Both the position numbers and the translations under genes were made by a program. A stretch of DNA of 60,489 nucleotides, the filler included. It is 8 parts of 8 records of this genome, joined end to end, with 100 filler letters (N's around TTAATTAATTAA, not from the genome) between each part and the next. Parts side by side here need not be neighbours in the genome. Positions count along the whole stretch, not along the records: positions 48,432 to 55,171 come from SRR31147125_136105; positions 55,272 to 60,489 come from SRR31147125_136183; 6 more parts are not named here. One strand, written 5' to 3'. The notes beneath the pieces were generated by a model. It made no database searches. It saw only the letters and a list, made by a program, of their open reading frames with translations, and was not told the DNA's origin. Every line of letters begins with the position of its first letter. Position 1 is the first letter of the stretch. Positions 50,778 through 60,287 of this stretch are shown piece after piece.

Positions 50778-51328
50778 AGTCAGATGGCACGGCAGAGGCG
50801 GACAGGGCGGTTTTACCGCAGCCCGTCTTTTGGGTGTCTCCGCAGCACTTTTCGAAAAGAAATATGCCCTGGCATTTCCCTCCTTTGGCCCGGAACGTCG
50901 TGGTGCTCCGGTATTGGGGTTTACCAAAATCGACGAAAATAAAATTTTCGATCGAAGCGCCGTGACCCACTGCGATCACGTCGTGGTTCTCGATGAAACA
51001 TTGGTGGATGAAACCATCACTTCCGGACTTCGTCCGGGGGATCGATCCTGATCAACACAAAAACCCCGGATCGATATCGTGAGCTGACAAGGGGTTTGAT
51101 CAGGTGGATCTGGATGCCACGGGACTTGCTTTGGAGATCCTTGGACGCCCCATCACCAATACGGCCATGTATGGCGCACTTATCGCAAAAAGCGGTGTTG
51201 TCTCACTGCAATCCGCAATAAACGGCGTTGAAGCGGAAATGAAACCGTCTTTGGTGGAAAAAAACATCCGGATCGTTCAACAGGCATACGAATTGACCCT
51301 TGCCAAATCTGAAAAGGAGAACCGGTAA
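50770..51328 (+). CDS. porC: 2-oxoacid:ferredoxin oxidoreductase gamma subunit (frameshifted near 51036-51104, likely sequencing errors)
   Basis: EVRWHGRGGQG, FPSFGPERRGAPV and DAT..A...LGRPITNTAMYGA motifs. Confidence 0.9.
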
Positions 51329-51699
51329 TGGACAGACCAAAGATCACACCATACAAAACCCCAAATACCTTGAGCGAAATTCCATTTGGTTCCACCTTTC
51401 AGTGTGCCCATCTGGTGGAAAAGAATGCCGGATGGCGGACGTTCCGACCGGTGGTGGATCCAATGAAATGCACCGGATGTCTTCGATGCTACCTTCTCTG
51501 TCCGGACGGGGTGATTTACCCGAAGGAGGCTGAAGCTTCCAAAACAAATTTAATCGGAAAAAACAACGTCGGCAATACTAGAGACAAGAATTCCCCGTTG
51601 GAAATGGCCATTGATTACGATTTCTGCAAAGGCTGCGGTATTTGCGCCAAGGAGTGTAAATTCAATGCCGTGACCATGGAAAAGGAGGAGTTAAAATAA
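51328..51699 (+). CDS. porD: 2-oxoacid:ferredoxin oxidoreductase delta subunit (2x[4Fe-4S])
   Basis: WRTFRP, CTGCLRCYLLCP and DYDFCKGCGICAKEC motifs. Confidence 0.92.
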   Translation: MDRPKITPYKTPNTLSEIPFGSTFQCAHLVEKNAGWRTFRPVVDPMKCTGCLRCYLLCPDGVIYPKEAEASKTNLIGKNNVGNTRDKNSPLEMAIDYDFCKGCGICAKECKFNAVTMEKEELK

Positions 51700-52967
51700 T
51701 GACTGAACAGAAAACCTTTGTTTCAGGAGATGAAGCGGTTGCCCTGGGCGTCCGACTGGCCAGACCCCACGTCATATCAGCCTATCCCATTACTCCCCAG
51801 ACCGTGGTGGTGGAGCGCCTCTCCGATTTCGTGGAAGACGGCAGCCTAAAGGCGGAGTACATGCATGTGGAGTCCGAACACTCGGCCATGTCCGCCGCCA
51901 TGGGTGTCAGCTCCGTCGGGGCCAGATCCTTTACTGCCACATCCTCCCAGGGGCTTTTGCATATGTGCGAAGGGCTCCATTACGCTTCGGGATCCCGCTT
52001 TCCCATTGTGATGATGAATGCCAACCGGGCGACGGCCGCCCCATGGAACATATACGGCGATCAGCGAGACAGCCTCTCCATGCTCGATTGCGGTTGGATT
52101 CAGGTCTATGTGGAAGATGCCCAAGAAGCGTTGGACATGATCATTCAAGGATATCGAATCGCTGAAGATCCCCAGGTACTCACCCCTTTCATGGTCAACT
52201 TGGACGGTTTCGTCCTGACCCACACCTATGAGTTGGTGTCCATCCCCTCCCAGGCGTCTGTGGATGCCTTTTTACCCCCACTGGATACCAACAACAAAAT
52301 GGACCTTGCCGATCCCAAAAGCCTTTGTATTACCGTGGGCCCCAATTTTAATCAGGAGGTGAAGCTCCAGCAGCATATTGCCATGATTCAGGCGGAAAAA
52401 CAGATTGAAATCGTGGATCGGAAGTTTGGAGAGCAATTTGGTCGCACCTACGGCGGAATGCTCGAAGCCTATCGTTGTGACGATGCCCAAGTGATCCTGA
52501 TGGCCACGGGCACCACCGTGGGAACAGCAAAGGTTGTGGTCGACGCCATGAGAGCCCAAGGGATTTTGGTCGGCGTGGTAAAACTGCGCTACCTGCGCCC
52601 CTTTCCCATTCGTCAAATTTGCGATCTGGCCAAAGGGGTCAGTGCCGTCGGCGTTCTGGATCGGGATATTTCCTTTGGCATGGAGGGAACGATTTACACC
52701 AATGTCAACTCCGCCATGAGCCGCATGGAGACGCCGCCGCCCACCATGAATTTCATTGGCGGACTGGGCGGCAGAAGCATTTCAAAAGAGGATATCGTTT
52801 CCATTTTCAATACCTTGTTTCACGTTGCCGACGGAGCGGATCTCCCCCATGTCCAACCCATTGACCAACTGAATCAGCCATCTGTCAAAGATCAAAACGG
52901 ACAGAATTTCAACTCATCATGTGTTCGATTTTTCGGAATGGAGTGTACCCCCCATGAAACAATCTAA
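51699..52967 (+). CDS. porA: 2-oxoacid:ferredoxin oxidoreductase alpha subunit
   Basis: AYPITPQT, VESEHSA, TATSSQG, NR, DGFVLTH and GGLGGR motifs. Confidence 0.94.
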   Translation: MTEQKTFVSGDEAVALGVRLARPHVISAYPITPQTVVVERLSDFVEDGSLKAEYMHVESEHSAMSAAMGVSSVGARSFTATSSQGLLHMCEGLHYASGSRFPIVMMNANRATAAPWNIYGDQRDSLSMLDCGWIQVYVEDAQEALDMIIQGYRIAEDPQVLTPFMVNLDGFVLTHTYELVSIPSQASVDAFLPPLDTNNKMDLADPKSLCITVGPNFNQEVKLQQHIAMIQAEKQIEIVDRKFGEQFGRTYGGMLEAYRCDDAQVILMATGTTVGTAKVVVDAMRAQGILVGVVKLRYLRPFPIRQICDLAKGVSAVGVLDRDISFGMEGTIYTNVNSAMSRMETPPPTMNFIGGLGGRSISKEDIVSIFNTLFHVADGADLPHVQPIDQLNQPSVKDQNGQNFNSSCVRFFGMECTPHETI

Positions 52968-53904
52968 AACCCTAACTCCCCCCACAATAGAGCATTCTGA
53001 TGCCGAGACTGCCGCGCAAAAGCCGGTCAACGTCAAGACCATGTGTAAAAGGAGTTTTTACGGACATAAAGCCTGCCCCGGTTGCGGGGGCAGTCTGGCG
53101 GTTCGGTTGGCCCTCAAGGTACTCGGAGAGCAAACCTTTTCCGTTCTGCCGGCCAATTGCATGTCAGCCGTGGGCTTTATCTATCCCCAGATGGCCTTTA
53201 CCGGCAACGCCATGATTGCACCGTTTGCCAGCACAGCGGCCATGCTTTCGGGTGTGGCGGTAGGAGCCAGAGCTCTGGGCATCCAAAACACCCACGCTGT
53301 TGGATTTGCCGGAGACGGGGGTACCGCCGATATCGGCATCCAAGCCCTCTCCGGTGCCATTGATAGAAACGATCCGATAATATATATTTGTTACGATAAT
53401 GAAGCATACATGAACACCGGTATCCAAAAAAGCGGCCTGACCCCTTTCGGCAGTACCACCACAACGACCCCTGCCGGAAAAAATCTGCCGGGCTCCATCC
53501 GTCCCAAGAAAAATATGTTTGAAATCGTTGCGGCCCACGGCATTGAGTATGCCGCCACATGCAGCATCGGTTATCCCCAGGATTTTATGAAAAAAGTCCA
53601 AAAAGCCGCTAAGGCACAAGGCACATCCTACATTCATGTCTATGCCCCCTGCCCTACCGGTTGGGGCCATGCGACGGATCAATCCATCGAAATCGCCAAG
53701 GAAGTGGTGGGCTGCGGACTTTGGTTTCTGGCCGAATATGAAAACAACCGGTTCAAACTCAATAAAACCCCCAAGGAATTCCAATCGGTAAAAGCCTATT
53801 TGAAAAAACAGGGTCGCTTTCGTCACCTATCGGACAGTGAGATCGAGACCATTGTCGCCCAACGGGATACCAAATGGGAAAAAATGCGTACCGAGTGGCT
53901 TTGA
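52954..53904 (+). CDS. porB: 2-oxoacid:ferredoxin oxidoreductase beta subunit (TPP-binding)
   Basis: GHKACPGCG, GDGGTADIG...YDNEAYMNTG and PCPTGW motifs. Confidence 0.94.
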   Translation: MKQSKTLTPPTIEHSDAETAAQKPVNVKTMCKRSFYGHKACPGCGGSLAVRLALKVLGEQTFSVLPANCMSAVGFIYPQMAFTGNAMIAPFASTAAMLSGVAVGARALGIQNTHAVGFAGDGGTADIGIQALSGAIDRNDPIIYICYDNEAYMNTGIQKSGLTPFGSTTTTTPAGKNLPGSIRPKKNMFEIVAAHGIEYAATCSIGYPQDFMKKVQKAAKAQGTSYIHVYAPCPTGWGHATDQSIEIAKEVVGCGLWFLAEYENNRFKLNKTPKEFQSVKAYLKKQGRFRHLSDSEIETIVAQRDTKWEKMRTEWL

Positions 53905-53970
53905 CGACGTTGAATCCCTGATCTGATCCAGCTTATGATTTTCAAACTAAACAAACTAAGGAAATAAGAT

Positions 53971-55171
53971 ATGATTCCATTGAAAATGAAACATCTGTTA
54001 TCTGATGCCCTTACGGATGACATCCTGAACAAACGAACCATTGTCGACGGTCCGTTACGATACATCGAATTCGGTCCCACCGATATCGACACGCTTCAAC
54101 GCCTGGGAATTACGGTGGATCGCCTGGGGCCGAGACTCGTCTCATGTATGTGGAACCATGAGAGCCAATTGGAGATCGGCGGATTTCTTGTCGTGGACAA
54201 CCTTGCCATGGGGCAACCCTCCATGGGCGGCGTTCGAATGCTTCCCGATGTCACGCCCCACGACATTCACAATCTGGCAAGGGGCATGACGCTAAAAAAT
54301 GCGGCTGCCGATCTCCCCTTTGGAGGGGGTAAATCCGGTATCGTCAAGCCGGATCATCTGTCCCATGAAGAGCGGTTGAAGGTGGTCCGGGGGTTTGGCC
54401 GACTGATCAAACGGTACACGGATATCTATATACCCGGCCCGGATGTGGGCACCAATGATGCCGACATGAAAACCTTTGCCATTGAAAACGGCCTGAACAA
54501 CTGCGTTTCCAAACCGGCGGACATGGGCGGCAACAGAATCGATGAACTTGGAGGCGCTGCAAATGGTGTTGTGGTGGCCACAAAGGCACTATTGGAACAA
54601 CTCCCCAAACTGAAACAGCTCCCTCAGTTCAAGGATATGGTGATCCCGAAAGCCTCGGACATGGACGTGCTGATCCAGGGGTTTGGTGCCGTGGGTGCCC
54701 ATGCGGCAAGAATTTTTCACGATTACGACCCGGCAAATGTTCCCATCATCAAAGGAATCAGTGATGTTGACGGCTATCTCTTAAATTGCAAAGGCCTTCC
54801 CTGGAAAGAGCTGTTCGACATGTGGCAGAAATTCGGATCCGTCACAAAACAGTATTATAAAGAGCAGATGACCGACATCGGTTCATCAAAGGCAAAAGAG
54901 ACGATTTTCTCCACTGCCGCCAACAACTTGTTGAGAGAATCGGCTTTCTGCATGGTACCGGCCTCCCCCATGTTCAACTACCTTGATGTGGATGCCGCAT
55001 CCAATCCCTCCATGACCGTGGATCGAATGGGAAAATGGCGAATCATTGTGGAGGGGGCCAACAGCTACTCGCCCCTACCTGCAAAAAAAGCGGCACGACG
55101 ACGAATGGAGCGGGCGGTCTATCGGGACAAAGGTGTTCTCATCGCGACCGATTATTTGGTCAACTCAGGGG
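53971..55171 (+). CDS. Glu/Leu/Phe/Val dehydrogenase family protein (truncated at contig end)
   Basis: GGVRM, LARGMTLKN, GGGKSG, PGPDVGT, QGFGAVG, EGAN and DYLVNSG motifs. Confidence 0.92.
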
Positions 55172-55271
55172 NNNNNNNNNNNNNNNNNNNNNNNNNNNNN
55201 NNNNNNNNNNNNNNNTTAATTAATTAANNNNNNNNNNNNNNNNNNNNNNNNNNNNNNNNNNNNNNNNNNNN
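55172..55271. other. Artificial contig spacer
   Basis: 44 N + TTAATTAATTAA + 44 N. Confidence 0.99.
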
Positions 55272-55895
55272 GAGCAGCAGCAGGGAGAAAATGAGCGCTG
55301 GAATAGACATGACCACATCGACAAGGCGGCCGAGCAACTGATCCATCCAGCCCCCCTTCACGGCGGCGAATAGACCGAGCGTTGTGCCCATGACGAAAGC
55401 CAGGGAGGTGATGATCAGGGACATGCCAACCGTATTTCTGGCGCCGTAGATGATCCGGCTGAACATGTCACGGCCGAGTTGATCACATCCGAGGATCATT
55501 ATACTGTCGGCAGGGGCAAAGGAGGCTCCGACAATTTCAGCTTCCCCGAACGGTGCAATAACTGGTGCGAATAGTGCGGCGACCAGATAGACCATGATGA
55601 TGAAGAGACCAAAACTCGCCGTCAGTGGTGCACTGTGTATAAGCCTGCTCGCTCCCCCGGGGAGAAGGTAGGCGAGAAATTCACGAAAACAGTAGGCCGT
55701 TCCGGTCGCGGCAGCCAGAATACCAGAAAAGATACCGATCATCTTCAGCCCGGCGACTCCCCAGATGATTCCGAGCAGTATCGAAACCATTGTAAGGGAA
55801 AACACGAGAAGAAAGAAGGTGCGCTTCTTAAAAAATGCCAGAGTCGAGGACGCGGCGATCAGGCAGGCAAAGTAGAGGACTACAAATTTATTCAT
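55272..55895 (-). CDS. Peptide/nickel ABC transporter permease, DppC-like (truncated), with extra N-terminal TMs
   Basis: APVIAP, LGCDQLGRDMFSRIIYGAR and RLVDVVMSIP motifs. Confidence 0.9.
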
Positions 55896-55905
55896 GGCTG
55901 TCTCC

Positions 55906-56862
55906 TCACTTCGGGTGCCGCAGGCGCGGGTTGGTCATTATCGAACCGACATCCGCCAGCAGGTTGAGCAGGATGAAGGTCACCGCGAAGATCAGGCAGC
56001 AGGCCTGGACAACGGGGAAATCCCGTTTGGTTACGCTGTCTACGAGCAGTTGTCCGATTCCCGGATAGACAAAGACCACCTCGACGAGCACCACGCCGGT
56101 GATCAGGTAGGCGAGGTTGAGGGCAATGACATTGATGATCGGAGCCCAGGCATTGGGGAGTGCATGGCGGGTGATGACCCGCAGTTGGGGAACGCCTTTC
56201 AGCCGTGCCATTTCGATATAGGGTGAGGCCAGCAGGTTGATGATTGCCGCCCTGGTCATGCGCATCATATGGGCCGTTACGACCAGCACGAGGGTGAGGG
56301 CGGGGAGAAACGTTTTATGCAACTTTTCCAGGAACGTGATATCCGGGCTCAAGTTGGAAATGGCTGGGAACAGCGGGTTGATGATCGCCAGAAACAAAAT
56401 GAGGATATAGGCGAGGAAAAACTCGGGTGATGATATGGAGGTCAGCGTCGTCACATTTGCAATCCGGTCAAAAGGTGAGTTTCTGAAGAGTGCCGCCAGT
56501 ACGCCCAGGATAACCGAGAGCGGAACCGCGATCGCAGCCGCATACAGCGCGAGAAACAGGGTGTTTGCAAATCTCGGGGCAATCTGCTCGGATACTGACA
56601 AGCCGCTGGCGAGGGATATGCCGAAATCTCCGGTGATCGCATTGCCCAACCACTCAAGATAGCGTACTGGCGCAGGGCGGTCGAGGCCGAGTTGCTCACG
56701 CATCGCGTTGACCGTTTCCTCGGTTGCTGATTGCCCGAGAACGGCCTCCGCCAGGTCTCCCGGCAACATCTCCACGGCGCTGAAAATGATGATCGACACC
56801 AAAAGGAGTGTGAGCGCGCCCAGGCCTAAACGCTTGAGTATAATTATAAAAACACTGTCCAT
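55906..56862 (-). CDS. Peptide/nickel ABC transporter permease, DppB-like
   Basis: MLPGD, LGLDRP..RY..W...GDFG.S, YIEMARLKG, HALPN, PGIG, RDFP and NPRLR motifs. Confidence 0.93.
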   Translation of the reverse strand: MDSVFIIILKRLGLGALTLLLVSIIIFSAVEMLPGDLAEAVLGQSATEETVNAMREQLGLDRPAPVRYLEWLGNAITGDFGISLASGLSVSEQIAPRFANTLFLALYAAAIAVPLSVILGVLAALFRNSPFDRIANVTTLTSISSPEFFLAYILILFLAIINPLFPAISNLSPDITFLEKLHKTFLPALTLVLVVTAHMMRMTRAAIINLLASPYIEMARLKGVPQLRVITRHALPNAWAPIINVIALNLAYLITGVVLVEVVFVYPGIGQLLVDSVTKRDFPVVQACCLIFAVTFILLNLLADVGSIMTNPRLRHPK

Positions 56863-56876
56863 AATTGAATTCCGGT

Positions 56877-56927
56877 ATTTCCAGGCTGGGGTCACCGGCA
56901 GGATGCCGGTGACCCCAGCCTGGAAAT
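56877..56927. repeat. Perfect 24-bp inverted repeat (REP-like hairpin) between the SBP and permease genes
   Basis: ATTTCCAGGCTGGGGTCACCGGCA-GGA-TGCCGGTGACCCCAGCCTGGAAAT. Confidence 0.9.
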
Positions 56928-56969
56928 TCTACATTCGTATGTGGATATTATCAGGGAGGGGAAAAGGGA

Positions 56970-57007
56970 GTTTGACCGTCCGTGATGGTAACACGGATCG
57001 GTCAAAC
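56970..57007. repeat. Second intergenic hairpin
   Basis: GTTTGACCG-TCCGTG...CACGGA-T-CGGTCAAAC. Confidence 0.75.
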
Positions 57008-57042
57008 GAGAGTGGGGTGTGAGCTCCTTCACCCCTGCAATC

Positions 57043-58649
57043 CTATTCGAACCACCAGCGTTGCGCTGCCCGGGCACCATCGTTCTCCCAGTTCGATGCA
57101 ATTGTCGGGCCGTGCTTCACATTTTTTCGCCTCGCATCCACGTAATTCATGAAGAACGGAATAACCGTTCCGCCGTCGTCTTTCGCGAGCACCTGCATCT
57201 CGTGGTACATCTCTGTACGCTTGGCGTCGTCCAGTTCGGAGCGGGCTTCGACCAGCAGCTTGTTGAATCGCTCGTTTTTCCAGTGACTTTCATTCCAGGC
57301 CGCCTCAGCTGCGTAGGCCAGGGTGAACATGGTGTCGGGCGTCGGACGAGCCCCCATTTCACGAAGCAGAACGGCTTTTTCAGCCATACATTCGACCAGT
57401 AACCGTCAGCGGGTTCACGAACGACACTGATATTGATTCCCGCCGGTTTTGCATGCTCCGAATAGAGGGAACACATATCCACGGCACTGGGCATTACCGA
57501 GTCGCTCGCTGACAGGCTGATATCGAGGGTGGACAGACCGGCTTTTTTCAAATGAAACTTGGCCTTGTCAAGATCATAGGGCCGCTGTTCCAGCTTGCTG
57601 TAATACGGCATGTTGGGGGAGATCTGCACGTCGTTTGCGACGGTGGCAAGGCCGAACCTGATTTTCTCGACGATGTCCGGTCGGTTAATGGCGTATTTCA
57701 GTGCCAGACGTACATTGACATCGTCAAATGGAGGCGTGTCGCAGAACATGGGGAGGGTAATGGCGGACCCGCCGGGAGTGTTGTCGATGACGATGTTTTT
57801 GTTTCTCTGGAGCAGGCTGTGGGTCTTGGCGTCAACGTTGAGTATGGAGTCGACATCTCCCGTGATCAGGGCGCTCTGCCGGGCATTCGGATCGTTCAGG
57901 TAGGTGAATTCAACCGCATCGAAATAGGCTCCCTCGCCATGCCATCCGTCATGCCGGACCATTTCCGTGCTCACCCCGGGGTTGTGGGTGACGATTTTGT
58001 AAGGTCCTGCCCCATCCTGGCTCTGCCAGTCTGCAGTACCGTCATCCTTGGCCGGCAGCATGACTAAATGATAATCGCTGAGAATCCATGGAAGGTCGGC
58101 AACACCAGCGGATAACTCGATAATGATGGTATGGTCCCCATCGGCCTTGATATCTGTGACCGTTTCAAGTAAGACCTTAGCCGCAGACGACGTATCTTCA
58201 CCCCGATGATGATTGAGCGAGGCGATCGCGTCTTTGGAGGTAAACGATTTACCGCTGTGAAATGAGGCTTGAGGCTGAAGCTTGAATATCCATTTCTTGG
58301 CCCCGTCGAGTCCTTCCCAGGAGACTGCCATATCCGGTCCGAGGCTGTTGTCCGATTCTATCTGGGTCAGGTAGCTGCGATGGGTGTGGGCGAGTTGTAT
58401 TTCGGAAATTGCCTGAAATTTTCCGGGGTCCATGGAGTCCGATGTGTTCGCATCGTTAATGCCGACCCTGAAGGTCCCGCCCCGTTTCGGGGTGCTGGCC
58501 ATGACCTCGGTTGTCCAGAGAGAGGAGGAGGCCGCCATGGTCAGCCCGGTGGCCAGGCTGTAGGTGATGAACTCTCTTCGTGACAGCTTTCCGCAGAGGC
58601 CATCGCCGATAAGTGTAGATAGGATGTCATTTTCAGTTGGTTTGCTCAT
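57043..58649 (-). CDS. Family 5 (Dpp/Opp) ABC substrate-binding protein with a Tat signal (frameshift in the run at 57351-57355, likely sequencing error)
   Basis: SRREFI Tat motif, PKRGG, GAGPY, PPFDDVNVRLALKYAINR and DGYWSNVW. One added base gives KWGARPTPD and joins ORF 57043-57387. Confidence 0.92.
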
Positions 58650-58800
58650 TTTTTCTCCATGTGTTTTTGGGATGAGATTTTCTCTGACATGCACGGGCAT
58701 GTCATTGTTTTGAATTTAACATACTGAATACACAGACTGTTTATGCCTACCTCTCGTCTCAAACCATATCATGTCTGGAAAACGATTTTGAAACGATCAG

Positions 58801-58868
58801 TTTGTATCGGACAAAAATGTATTGTTGAAAACAATTTTATAACATACTATATTCCACAAAACTGTCAA
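58801..58868 (-). promoter_or_regulatory. Putative promoter of the SBP gene with two downstream palindromic operators
   Basis: Minus-strand TTGACA-N16-TATGTT (58868-58841); palindromes TTTGT-N5-ACAAA (58801-58815) and ATTGTT-N3-AACAAT (58821-58835). Confidence 0.55.
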
Positions 58869-59038
58869 TGGGCGAAACGGGGATTATGTGTTTCGCATCT
58901 CGTGTTGTGAGGCCGTGTGAGGTTCGAATGATCCATGGAAAGGGGTGGCAGTGCAGATTTCTGTAGAAAAGAACCGATTTTCTTTTTATAGGATGCAGGA
59001 CCTTTTACACATCATTTGAACTGAGAGGTGAATCATCG

Positions 59039-59521
59039 GTGGATCGTCTGGAAAAAGAACATAATGTAACGCAGCACCTGAGGATAGTTTTCAAAGCTAT
59101 CCAGGCGCATTCAAAACGCGTTGAAGCTGCGTGCGGATTGTCCAGTGTACGACTCTGGATGCTGTATGAAATACATAACAGGCCCGGTATCAAAGTCTCG
59201 GAACTTGCATCGCTGCTCTCCATTCATCGATCCACCTGTTCCAATATGCTCGATAAGCTGGAGGTGAAGGAGCTTATCTATCGCTACAGGAGTAAATCGG
59301 ACCAGCGGGCGGTGAGGCTCTATATCACGGATGAAGGAAAAACTGTTCTCGCAAAAGCCCCATCTCCCCCCGAAGGAAAACTGAGCAGCAGTTTGAGCAC
59401 GTTGTCTCCGGACCAGTTGGACGAGTTGGAGGCAAGTCTGGGCTTACTGGTTGACGCTCTCCAGTACGATGATGAGAAGGCTGCGCTCACGCCGATCCAG
59501 ACAATTCCGCTTTCCTCCTGA
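59039..59521 (+). CDS. MarR family transcriptional regulator
   Basis: ELASLLSIHRSTCSNMLDKLE...R.RSKSDQRAVRLYIT winged HTH. Divergent from the ABC operon. Confidence 0.92.
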   Translation: MDRLEKEHNVTQHLRIVFKAIQAHSKRVEAACGLSSVRLWMLYEIHNRPGIKVSELASLLSIHRSTCSNMLDKLEVKELIYRYRSKSDQRAVRLYITDEGKTVLAKAPSPPEGKLSSSLSTLSPDQLDELEASLGLLVDALQYDDEKAALTPIQTIPLSS

Positions 59522-59529
59522 TTTTTCAG

Positions 59530-60183
59530 ATGATCATCGATAAAGGAGCTGTCGCCGTTCGCTCTATTGTCTCATGTGCGGGGACCGGTGATAAAAAATT
59601 GCTGGAAATAGGCTGCGGTGACGGCAGACTCACCGGTGACCTCCATGCCGAATATTCCGGCTTGATTGCAATTGATCCTGATGAGGCATCGATAGAACGC
59701 GCACAGCAAAAATATCCCCACGTTGATTTCAGGATCGGAAGCGGGGAATCTCTTCATTTTGGTGATCACATTTTTGACGTTGTCCTGTTCAGTCTGTCTC
59801 TGCATCACCACCGGAGAGGGGTGATCGCTCTGGAAGAGGCGGAGCGTGTTCTCGCGAAGAACGGCAGGGTCCTGGTTCTCGAGCCATCAGTAGACAGTCA
59901 GATATCACAGGTCTGCAATATTCTGGAAGATGAGTCGGATGAGCTGATCAAAGCGATGAAATGGATCCGGGAGTGCAGACTTACCGTCGTATCCGAGAGG
60001 CCGGTCGTTGCGGAGTGGGAATTCCGGGACCGATATGAGCTGTACGAATGGATGTTCGAGTTTTACGGCCAAAGCCCTGACCCGCAAAAAATCGAGTTGG
60101 TCGATGCCTTTCTCGGCGAACACATTCACAAGATGCCTCTTTCAATTTCTGACACTCTCATTCTGACGGGACTGTCTCTGTAG
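59530..60183 (+). CDS. Class I SAM-dependent methyltransferase
   Basis: LLEIGCGDG, AIDP, FDVVL..LSLHH and RVLAKNG motifs. Confidence 0.9.
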   Translation: MIIDKGAVAVRSIVSCAGTGDKKLLEIGCGDGRLTGDLHAEYSGLIAIDPDEASIERAQQKYPHVDFRIGSGESLHFGDHIFDVVLFSLSLHHHRRGVIALEEAERVLAKNGRVLVLEPSVDSQISQVCNILEDESDELIKAMKWIRECRLTVVSERPVVAEWEFRDRYELYEWMFEFYGQSPDPQKIELVDAFLGEHIHKMPLSISDTLILTGLSL

Positions 60184-60287
60184 CACATTTCCCTTCATGC
60201 CAGACCGTCCATCGTCGACCGGCGAGGGAAGGATACCGGGTTACAACCAGAATCGTGCAGGTTTTCTCTCTCCTGGCAGCCTTAATC

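Noticed and set aside
6883-55271. Seven recurring TTAATTAATTAA elements flanked by Ns, as a possible repeat family
   Set aside because: Identical 100-nt artificial linkers with stop codons in all frames, and base composition changes across them. They are concatenation artefacts.
5537-57355. Programmed frameshifting, phase variation or mass pseudogenisation as the cause of the split genes
   Set aside because: The same error type appears in short runs in housekeeping genes of unrelated contigs, with no other signs of decay. Sequencing error is the simpler explanation.
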